The notes beneath the pieces were generated by a model. The model saw only the letters and a list, made by a program, of their open reading frames with translations, was not told the origin of the DNA and searched no databases. Position numbers and translations under genes: made by a program. A DNA stretch of 64,000 bases, taken from NCBI GenBank assembly GCA_900547825.1, contig URII01000004.1, positions 5,416 through 69,415 of the forward strand, in the 5' to 3' direction. This DNA is from an uncultured Porphyromonadaceae bacterium. GTDB taxonomy: Bacteria; Bacteroidota; Bacteroidia; Bacteroidales; Muribaculaceae. Positions 37,101-45,100 of this stretch are shown piece by piece (positions within the stretch are counted from its first letter, which is position 1; every line of letters starts with the position of its first letter).

Positions 37101-37177
37101 TTGACGGTGCGCGTCTGCGCCGACGCACACAACGACAAAGAAAGGATTGCCGTGAGTAATAGAAACAGCTTTTTCAT
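34160..37177 (-). CDS. SusC/RagA family TonB-linked outer-membrane transporter
   Basis: 1005 aa. N-terminal carboxypeptidase-regulatory-like VKGVVVSAEDDEPLVGATVL, a plug (VVVTGYGS...), and a beta-barrel ending ...YEFGVEVTF. Confidence 0.95.
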   Translation of the reverse strand: MKKLFLLLTAILSLSLCASAQTRTVKGVVVSAEDDEPLVGATVLPVGGGQGTATDIDGKFSVTIPTKVTQIKVSYVGMQPQTLPVSDNMTIKLSAGDNRLDEVVVTGYGSGKKIGSVVGAVSVVHSEAIEDTPAATFVDALAGQVAGLSVLSSSGDPSSVSNSIRIRGVNSIEAGNTPLFILDGAPVTSAIFTTLNPSDIESITVLKDAASVAIYGSRAANGVIVITSKKGKYGEKARVTVRANVGWSQMTPDNIDMMNSKQYIKFRDLIGVPVDDEVRNLVDTYNISTDWRKEIFDSHALTYSLEAGIQGGSESVSYFLSLNHYDADGIIDQSGMRREALRASINAKVNNWFRVGFQGNLGYTKYETNAFNDGARNNINNPVFLARYMLPYDSPRYYTFDENGKIVFGDKAKYYHYSGTYSPEALNSTRSRWKDKVTANVVLYEQINPIKGLTIKAQQAVDALDYTYKNLQYPVDAFVTPMGDECFVPTGGQQFYFTPFNSQGFERYYSFTYTNTAEYRFDLNNMHNFSFLLGQEAIITKDRNFYVSSDGQSDKRQMLLGQGTEITMDNVGEGVSEEVFNSYFLTGSYDYDGKYFLDATFRRDGSSKFAPGHRWANFFSVGAMWNAKAESFLAPYTWLSDLKVSLSYGTTGNSSIGNYAYFGLVSSGSVPYGPDNSGTLFLAQAPNKNLTWETVRAFDFGLQFGIFDRVNFDVDVYRKETKDMILSVPWSYTTGFGGNSSNVGSMKNVGIDVDVKADIYKSKDWYVGARVNFNYNKNTITELFNGQDEFSLPDYGMQLKVGHTYGELYAVPYLGVDPRDGKQMWLDINGNVTKVYNEERDARLTGKSFYAPWNGGFGFDVRWRDISLHTDFAWQAKKYMTNNDLYFVNNANMGTQMNQSTAMLNVWTHEGQVTDIPAYGEEVQFDTRLIEDASFMRMKNLTVNYSLPKSILKKIYLENVTFHFTGRNLWTITDFTGYDPEPEGNLTIFAYPNTRQYEFGVEVTF

Positions 37178-37302
37178 ACTAAAAACAATTAGACATAAAA
37201 TTAAAAATTTTTCAACAATTTCTTATAATTTAAGCACTTATCCCCCAAGTAGTGGAATAATGACCGGCTTAAAACACGGGTTTCATGCAAGTGTTCCGAT
37301 TG

Positions 37303-37310
37303 CAAAGTTA
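37303..37310 (-). promoter_or_regulatory. -7 promoter box (TAACTTTG on the minus strand) for the susC-susD-Calx-beta unit
   Basis: Plus-strand CAAAGTTA, about 125 nt upstream of the susC start. Confidence 0.4.
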
Positions 37311-37552
37311 CACTTTTTTGCAAAATAACAACTAAATGAAGTATAAATTTTCGGGATTTAACATTCCCGGTTTTGTTAAATTTCCCTTGCATTTCTCCGG
37401 TTCTCCATATCCTGCCAAACTGAAAGGCCACCCCCTTAATATAATAATGTGTATTTTAACACAACATTTATTCATTTGCCACGTTACAAAAATAAATATG
37501 CACCTTTCAACATTATTACTGACTATCCCGACTAAGCATCAATCCAAAAAAC

Positions 37553-38317
37553 ATGAACAATCTCAAATCCACAATGACATTCCGTTACACACTGACGGCA
37601 GCCGACCTTGATCCGCAGGGGGAACTTCCGCTGTCGCACCTCGTGAAAATGATAATCGAGGGATCCACACTCCATGCCAACGACCTCGGCGTGGGATATG
37701 ACCGGCTTATAACCCGTGGCCACGCATGGGTGCTACGCCGCCTCAGCCTCGGAATCGCACGAATGCCGGGAATGGGGGACTCGTTTTCAATGACAACACG
37801 AGTGGAAAGCGTAGGCCCTCTTTCATCGGAACGACTCTTCGAACTACGGTCCGACTCCGGAGAAATCCTTGTGCTTGCCCGCACATCCTGGGTAGTGATC
37901 GATGTGATGAAGCGCCGGCTGGTTCCGTTAGGCGACCTCACAGAACTTAATGCCATAGCATCACAGTTCGAGCCCAATGTAGCACATGGCCCACGCCCGA
38001 GAGTGTCGCGCACCCCCGACAGAAAATTCAGCATAAATGTGCGTTACAGCGATCTGGACATCAACCGGCATGTCACCACATCGCGCTATGTGGATTATGT
38101 GGACGACGCATTCACCCCCGAATGGCACTCCACCAACCGAATAACAGCGCTTGACATATCATTCATGAGGGAGACAATGCCAGGCGAACCGATGGAAGCA
38201 TCAGTGACTGACGGTAACAGCCATTCGCAGATCGATATGCTCTGCAGCGAAACCCCACACGTAATAGCAACCGTCAGCTATGTCTCCCGCTACCCATGTA
38301 AAAACCAGGAAATGTGA
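37553..38317 (+). CDS. Acyl-[acyl-carrier-protein] thioesterase
   Basis: 254 aa double hot-dog pattern. ...ADLDPQGELPLSHLVKMIIEGSTLHANDLGVGYDRLITRGHAWVLRRLSL... and a second half with RYSDLDINRHV. Confidence 0.8.
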   Translation: MNNLKSTMTFRYTLTAADLDPQGELPLSHLVKMIIEGSTLHANDLGVGYDRLITRGHAWVLRRLSLGIARMPGMGDSFSMTTRVESVGPLSSERLFELRSDSGEILVLARTSWVVIDVMKRRLVPLGDLTELNAIASQFEPNVAHGPRPRVSRTPDRKFSINVRYSDLDINRHVTTSRYVDYVDDAFTPEWHSTNRITALDISFMRETMPGEPMEASVTDGNSHSQIDMLCSETPHVIATVSYVSRYPCKNQEM

Positions 38318-38377
38318 ATTTAAGTTATGTAACGCATTTTATCTCTCACAATTCGTTGAAAATCCAATCTTTTCATT

Positions 38378-38385
38378 TATCTTTG
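38378..38385 (+). promoter_or_regulatory. -7 promoter box (TATCTTTG)
   Basis: TAnnTTTG match 57 nt upstream of the ATG at 38442. Confidence 0.45.
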
Positions 38386-38441
38386 TGTTTGCAACATAAC
38401 ACAACCCAATCAGCTAACCAATATCCCATTTATAAACTACA

Positions 38442-40046
38442 ATGAGAAAAGCCATTTTATCATTAGCAGTGGTGCTCGGAGCGTCGGTAGGCGCCAATGC
38501 ATCACCGGTGACAGCTCCAGTGGCTCAGGACGTGGCCAAGCAGTTCATGAAAGGCCGCGGAGTCAATGTGAAAGGAGTAAAATCCACCCAAACGGTAGAG
38601 AACGCCTATTACATCATCAACTTCACTCCCGGAGGCTGGGCCATAGTGAGCGCAGATGACACCACCACCCCGATCCTCGGCTATTCCGAATCGAGCAGTC
38701 TGGATTGGCATACCATTCCATCCAATATGCGCGGCGTCCTCGCCCAATATAAGGATGTGGTGAAAAGCAACGCCGTGGGGCGCCGTCAGGCTGACCGCCG
38801 CTGGACATCAAACATGGCGCTTACTTCGCGTTCAGGCGTGAAGATAGAGCCGCTTATCAAGGTGAACTGGAACCAGTCGTCGCCTTTCAACAAATACATT
38901 CCCGGCAACATGCTCGTGGGATGCCCCGCAGTGTCGCTCTCACAAGCTATGAGCGTACAGCAGTGGCCTGACAAATTTTCAGGCACAGCTTCCTATTACA
39001 GCAGCTCGGCAGGAGCTACGCTGACAGTGAGCGAAAGCGAGGAACGCGCCTACAACTGGGCCGACATTCTCAGCGGCCGCAACCGCTACGACGAAGTAGC
39101 CCGTCTGCTCTACCATGCCGGTGTGGCCCAGCAGATGAATTACGGAATGACAGGCTCAGGCATTCCGTCAAACGAGATATCCCGTATGACCAATGCCCTC
39201 AAACGCCACTTCCGCTATGGCAATGATGTGGCCTACTATTGGCGCGACAGCTATCGCGGCGATTGGGAGCAGCTTCTTATCAACGAACTCGGTGCCGGAC
39301 GTGCAATAATTTACAATGCCATCGGCGGAACAGGAGCCGACACCTACGGCCACAGCTTCAACTTCGACGGCCTTGACGATCAGGGCAACTTCCATGTGAA
39401 CTGGGGCTGGGGCGGCTACGGCAACGGCTATTTCAGCGTAAACGCCCTGACCGACGCCCAGATAGGCCAGAACTATGACCGCATGCACGTGTGTGTGATC
39501 GGTATCGGAAGCCCCAACCGCAGCCTGCGTTCCATGACAATGAGCAACACCACCATCGAGTCAGGTCTCGGAGCCGGCGCAGCTGTGGCCCAGGCCCTCG
39601 TGAACGGTGAAAAAGCCCAGTCGACATTCTCGTTCTCACTTTCAGGAGTCAACGGTGAGACTGTTCCGTTCACAATCAACAACGAAGGCATTCTCTATGC
39701 AAACGCAGCCCTCAACACAGGCGACACCTACTCAATAGAGATCACTGTGAAGGACAATGCATCGGGCACATCGCTCACACAGGGCTTCAATTTCGAGGTA
39801 GCAGCTCCCCAGCCTCTGGCCAAAGCCACATCGATAGCCTATAACCGCACCACAGGCACATTCTCCGTGCTTACCCGCTTCAACGTGTCCTACACCATCA
39901 CCAACCCTTCTGGCCAGGTGTCACGTCAGGGCCGTCTTGACCTTCCCGACTTCGAATTCTCGGCCGCCGATCTTGCCAGCGGCGTGAATACTCTTCGCCT
40001 CAACTGTGGAAACGAAACCAAGGAAATCAAAATCGTAAAAAAATAA
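38442..40046 (+). CDS. C10 family (streptopain/SpeB-like) cysteine peptidase with N-terminal Spi-type propeptide and T9SS-like C-terminal tail
   Basis: Propeptide ...AYYIINFTPGGWAIVSADDTTTPILGYSE. Catalytic Cys context NMLVGCPAVSLSQAM. His context GHSFNFDG...FHVNWGWGGYGNGYF. Tail ...GVNTLRLNCGNETKEIKIVKK. Confidence 0.8.
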   Translation: MRKAILSLAVVLGASVGANASPVTAPVAQDVAKQFMKGRGVNVKGVKSTQTVENAYYIINFTPGGWAIVSADDTTTPILGYSESSSLDWHTIPSNMRGVLAQYKDVVKSNAVGRRQADRRWTSNMALTSRSGVKIEPLIKVNWNQSSPFNKYIPGNMLVGCPAVSLSQAMSVQQWPDKFSGTASYYSSSAGATLTVSESEERAYNWADILSGRNRYDEVARLLYHAGVAQQMNYGMTGSGIPSNEISRMTNALKRHFRYGNDVAYYWRDSYRGDWEQLLINELGAGRAIIYNAIGGTGADTYGHSFNFDGLDDQGNFHVNWGWGGYGNGYFSVNALTDAQIGQNYDRMHVCVIGIGSPNRSLRSMTMSNTTIESGLGAGAAVAQALVNGEKAQSTFSFSLSGVNGETVPFTINNEGILYANAALNTGDTYSIEITVKDNASGTSLTQGFNFEVAAPQPLAKATSIAYNRTTGTFSVLTRFNVSYTITNPSGQVSRQGRLDLPDFEFSAADLASGVNTLRLNCGNETKEIKIVKK

Positions 40047-40057
40047 GCACATAAGCC

Positions 40058-41194
40058 ATGAACAAGAAATTATATATAGCTATCGCAGGTCTTTCCATGA
40101 CCGTTGGACTCGGTCTTACCTCCTGCAGCGACTCTAAGAACGATAATGGCGGCGGAGGGGGCGGCAGCTCTCAGGAAGGTGTACCCATCACACTCCAGGC
40201 CGACCTGCTGCTCAAGTCCTCCCCTACCCTTGAATTCAAGGATGCCGATGAAATGAACGTCTATGCCAAGGCTACCCGCGACATCACGGGCAAGGATCTG
40301 GTGAGCGGTATCAAAGCCATCAAGAAAGGGGACAAATGGGAACTCACTCCCGAAGTGCGCATAACTGAAGGCCAAAACGCCTATATCTTCGCTGCCGCAC
40401 CTTACGACCCCTCCTATACCAATCCGCAGGAAATCCCCGTGGACATGGCCAAACAGGTAGATCTGCTCTATTCCGGTGCCGTAGTGGCAGCATCGTATCA
40501 GTCTAACAGCCCCAAGGTCACGATGAAACATGCCCTTTCGCTTGTGACGCTCAACATCTCGTCAGAGGGCTACAGCGGAAGCGGACAGCTCACCTCTGTG
40601 GCAATCAACGGCGACGGGGTGTTCACCAAAGGCAAGATGGATGTATCCACCGGTAAGATTACAGGCACTTCCAAGGATCCCGTTAGTGTGGATGTGTCCG
40701 CTACCATTCAGAAAGGCGGTTGGAAAACAGGTCATCCCAATGTATGGGTGATCCCGTTCAACACCAAGACTTCCGAGGCTAACCTCACCGTGACTATTGA
40801 CGGAAAGACCTATGTGCTCGCATTCCCCGAAGTGGAAATGACCACCGGATTCCAGTACATATTCCATCTCGCCCTTACAAACTACGGTCTTGAATTCATT
40901 CCCGGAGCCACACAGAGCATCCGCCTCAACATGGTGGATGAAGGTGTAGCTTCGCCCGAAGGCCACGGTCTCGTGACCATGACCATGTCCTCATCAGCTT
41001 TCACAGCTCCCTATTTCACCGGCGATGACGTGTTCGGCAACATTTCATGGGACGGCGGAAGCAAATCATATGGACCCGGCGCCACCGCCACTGTTCCGGC
41101 CAACTCCAAAGTAGTGGTCGAGACATGGAATTCAACCGGTTTCGAAATCCGTTCACTTGAAGGAGTCGAATCAATCGACCTCTCCCAATATTGA
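40058..41194 (+). CDS. Fimbrillin (type V pilin, Mfa-like_1)-like lipoprotein
   Basis: Lipobox GLGLTSCSD followed by a Gly run. The pattern ...FKDADEMNVYA...WELTP...AYIFAAAPY...QVDLLYS...VTMKHALSLVTLNIS resembles fimbrillin family proteins. 11 nt after the C10 gene. Confidence 0.55.
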   Translation: MNKKLYIAIAGLSMTVGLGLTSCSDSKNDNGGGGGGSSQEGVPITLQADLLLKSSPTLEFKDADEMNVYAKATRDITGKDLVSGIKAIKKGDKWELTPEVRITEGQNAYIFAAAPYDPSYTNPQEIPVDMAKQVDLLYSGAVVAASYQSNSPKVTMKHALSLVTLNISSEGYSGSGQLTSVAINGDGVFTKGKMDVSTGKITGTSKDPVSVDVSATIQKGGWKTGHPNVWVIPFNTKTSEANLTVTIDGKTYVLAFPEVEMTTGFQYIFHLALTNYGLEFIPGATQSIRLNMVDEGVASPEGHGLVTMTMSSSAFTAPYFTGDDVFGNISWDGGSKSYGPGATATVPANSKVVVETWNSTGFEIRSLEGVESIDLSQY

Positions 41195-41225
41195 GACATC
41201 AAGGCTGAATAAGCCATCCTGACAC

Positions 41226-41258
41226 TGTCCCCGCATCTTTAATAAGGATGCGGGGACA
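41226..41258 (+). terminator. Hairpin terminator after the C10/pilin-like pair
   Basis: 12-bp perfect stem TGTCCCCGCATC / GATGCGGGGACA followed by TTAATTTA. Confidence 0.7.
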
Positions 41259-41351
41259 TTAATTTATAAGACACAATGTTTCGTTATGTGAATTAATGTT
41301 ATTGATCCATAATTATAAGTCACACCTATTGTGAAACGCGAATTTATGTTT

Positions 41352-41359
41352 TATATTTG
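41352..41359 (+). promoter_or_regulatory. Orphan -7 promoter box (TATATTTG) in an ORF-free gap
   Basis: TAnnTTTG match. The nearest downstream start codon is 310 nt away. Confidence 0.3.
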
Positions 41360-41365
41360 CATCAC

Positions 41366-41589
41366 TTGATTATAGCAATTAACCCTAAACAAAATATCCA
41401 AGCAGAATCTGAGATACCATAAGCGACACAAAGCAGCAACATGTTTCCACGCTAACGAATGATTACCCTAAGAAATAACGATGTATAGCTAATTAACAAA
41501 TCTCCGACCTACAAACACAACTCAAAGAAATAAGTGAATCATAGGTTAGAAGTCCGTCAGCTCGTGATGAGTCGGCGGTCTTCGTTTTT
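41366..41589 (+). ncRNA. Candidate small RNA or long 5' leader (about 220 nt)
   Basis: Bounded by the promoter box at 41352-41359 and the hairpin plus T-run at 41549-41589. No ORF of 60 aa or more on either strand. Not recognisable as any known RNA family. Confidence 0.2.
41549..41589 (+). terminator. Imperfect hairpin plus T-run
   Basis: GAAGTCCGTCAGCTC GTGAT GAGTCGGCGGTCTTC (two mismatches, two G-U pairs) followed by GTTTTT. Confidence 0.4.
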
Positions 41590-41668
41590 AGGTCTATACT
41601 TCTCAGCCAACCTTACATATCATAGAATTGTTAGTTAACCGACACTGATTGACTTAAACTTTTATGAT

Positions 41669-42028
41669 ATGACACAATATAAGCTTAAACGAGCCTACGA
41701 ACCCCAGTCGCCCGACGACGGTTTCAGAGTCTATATAGACCGTCTATGGCCCCGCGGATTGTCGCATGAAACATTTCATTACGACTTATGGGACAAAGAT
41801 ATAGCACCATCAACAGAGCTGCGCGAATGGTTCCATGCCGATCCTGACAACCGCTGGAGCGAATTTGAAAAACGTTATACCGCCGAGCTGTCCGGTTCAG
41901 CATATTTCGCATCGCTAAGAAATCTTCTCAAACACAAACCGACAGTCACACTCCTTTACTCGTCACACGACGAAAAGAGAAACAATGCCGTGGTAGTGTA
42001 TAATCTTCTTACTAAATCAAAACACTGA
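41669..42028 (+). CDS. DUF488 family protein
   Basis: 119 aa. KRAYEPQSPDDGFRVYIDRLWPRGLS...WDKDIAPSTELREWF is the DUF488 (YeaO-like) pattern. Confidence 0.8.
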   Translation: MTQYKLKRAYEPQSPDDGFRVYIDRLWPRGLSHETFHYDLWDKDIAPSTELREWFHADPDNRWSEFEKRYTAELSGSAYFASLRNLLKHKPTVTLLYSSHDEKRNNAVVVYNLLTKSKH

Positions 42029-42053
42029 AAAGCATTCCATATCTATAAAAGAA

Positions 42054-42076
42054 GAACCGGACAAATTGCCCGGTTC
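42054..42076. terminator. Short hairpin between convergent genes
   Basis: 7-bp stem GAACCGG / CCGGTTC with a 9-nt loop. Confidence 0.4.
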
Positions 42077-42102
42077 CTCATATCTATAACCTCCAACGGG
42101 AT

Positions 42103-45100
42103 TTACGGCACGATAACCTTGACCGCACCGGAAGCACAGGTAACCACATAAACTCCCGGTGCTACAGATATAGAGGTATGTCCTGCCGGCACTCTGACGC
42201 CCGCTGCCACAACGCCTGAGGGTGTCACAACGCGTATATCCGCATCCGCCGGCGAATCTACCACAACAGCGCCCTTGATTGCGCTCACTCTCAATGCCTC
42301 TGATCCCGTGAGCCCTATGCCGGACCATACAGGAACCACTGGCTCACAAAGGGCGGAGACACCTTTGTCGTAAACAGCCTTTACGGCATACTGCGGTTTA
42401 GCGCCTCGTGATGCGAACTCCGTGTCGGTGAACGACGGATCATCCGCACCAGATGTACCTATCAGTTCGCCACCGCACCACACTTCATAGCCGGTAAGCT
42501 CCCAGCGGGGCACACTCATATCGTTGAACGACAGGTCATCCACAAACATAGCGAACGATCCGTCGCTAACACAGTTGACAGCAAAATAGCGGGCACCTTC
42601 GGGAAGGTAATAGCGATATTCCTGCCATTGCCCCGGAAGTTCCACATAGTCGGACGAACCGATGGCAGTAAAAGCAGCCGGATCTGCATCTGTAAGCGAA
42701 TACAACACACGCATACGCTCGGCCGGAGTGTCCTGAAGCGTGAACGAACGCGCGAAGAACGAGATCCACTGTTCGCTGCCGTTAAGTCGAGGCGATATAA
42801 GCCAGTCGTTGTTCACATAATTCATCGATGCGAGGGCCATGAACATACGGTCGCCGGAATGAGGCTCACCCTCGGGCCATATGTCAATGCCGAGAGTCCG
42901 GGCGTTGCACACCTGGAAAGCCTTGCGGGCGGTGGCGTTAGGATATTCGCCGAGATCCTTATTAATATAATGTGTAAGGTCATAGTCGCCGTCCCACATG
43001 GACCACTCACCTATTCCGTCTATAGCCCAGTCGGGATAGCTCTCCACATCGTCGGTGACAGCACCTTGGCGCGAGGGGTCCTGCCATGTCAGCACCACGG
43101 CCTCATCGTTGACAGTAGCCTCAAGTCCGGTAACTCCGGGCACCACGGGTTCCACCACATTCACAACGACCTGACGCGAGTCGTTGGCAGGGTTTGAATC
43201 ATCACGGAGCGTCACAGAGGCCGTGAGGTTCAACACAACCGGCTCAGCCGGCAGATCGAATTCCAAAGGCACCCGCAATTCGGCACCCGAAGCAAGAGTC
43301 TCCACATCCATAGCAGCAAGTTCACCGCCGGAAGCGTCGGCAACCGTAAGCACGGCACCTTCGGCAGCTTCAGCGCCTGCATTAAGAACCGTCACGCTAA
43401 CCTCGGCTTTCTCACCGGCGGCTATACGTGAGGGCACTGAAAACGCACTCACTGCAAGATCATACATAACGCCGTTGTCAACGGTCACATTGTCGAGATA
43501 TATGTCGGCCACACCGTCAACCGTTCCGGCAAAACCGATGCGGATCCAATCCGAATCCTTCCATTGGGCGAGACTTACGCTATAGCGCTTCCAGCCTGTG
43601 GCCGAAGTCCGGGCTATCGGTTCACCTACAGCATTGAATTCATCGGAGCCGGCTGCAAGCAGCAGGCTTACAGAGCCGTCACCTTCACCCTCGGCATGAT
43701 AGAGCCAGAATGAAAGCATGGGATTGTCAAGCCCAGCAAGCGATATCTTCGGCGAATAGAAGTATGACACAGCTCCAACAGGCTCTCCGACACTATGGAA
43801 AGTGGCAAGGCCGCGGTCGCCGTTCTGATCGGATACCGAAGGATTGTAGCCCATCTCATCAAGAGTCCATGAATAATTAAGGGCGGTGGCGCTCTGCGCA
43901 ATCCAAGGGTAATAAGCCATATCGGCTCCTGCAAAGCTCTCGGCGAGCGGAGCGGGATAAGGAGAGCCGAAAAGGGTAAGCTGCGACTGGGCATAGGCTC
44001 CTTTGGTGTCACCGCAATAGGGGGTCACAAGCCACCATTGCGCGGTCTGACCCGACGACGGCACAGCAAAACCCGTATCAGTGAACGCAAGACCGGAATG
44101 TGACTCCGCAACTACAGTGCCGTCACCGCGCACAATTCTATAAGTAAGAGCCGAGGCGTCAAACCATCCGCCGTTGGCTCCGCTTTCAGGAGCCTCCCAT
44201 GTCAGAACTGCATGGCCATCGGTTTCGGTTACCGAAAGATTTCGGACAGCCCCGGGAGCATCCGTACCTACAAATGTACGCACTGTGGCGGCAGCGCTCT
44301 CGCCCACTTCATTTGCCACGGTAACAGTATAGGTATACGATCCCGATTCAGGCACCGATGTGTCAGTCCACGACATGGTCACACCGGGCGTCAAGCCGTC
44401 GGTAAGTTCAGCCACAGCTGCGTCGGCACCGCTGCGCCGGATCACCACCGATGTTATCGACACTAGATCAGCGCCCTCCACATCCTTTTCAGGAAGCGTA
44501 AACGACAAGGTTGCCTCAAGCACGCCTCCGGAGCCCGGTGTGGCTGCAATCTCAGTCACTGCGGCCGGCACACGGCTGTCGAGAGCCGAAATGCCTATGT
44601 TGTCGACATACAGGTGCCACTTGTAAGCATCCGAATAACATTGCACACCGAGATAATACAGTCCGTCGGATTCCACTGTGAATGTTGCCTGACCATTCTC
44701 CCACGAGGTGTTCTTGACTCCGGGATGGTCACCGAGGGCCACATTCATGGCTGCCGGAGAGGGGGCATTGCCGAGCATGACGCGGAAACTCTCATCATAA
44801 GTCTTGCTGTACACACGCCAGTCGTAAGTAACCTTATAAGTTACTCCGGCATGAAGCTCGACTGCCGGCGAGAATAGCCAGTCATCAGCCGCCAGTTTGT
44901 CAGGATCATACTGGTATGACGCACAGCTGAACTGCGAGCTTGAGTACCATTTCCAAGTGGCTCCGCCGTTGACATTATCCACCGTCCAGATATCGAATGC
45001 GTCAGCAGTATCGAATGTTTCGGTAAACGGCACCTGGAGGGCGCCGCTAACGAGCGACTTGGCCGATACGGCAGCCTCGCCTGTTCCCGCTGCCGAGGTG

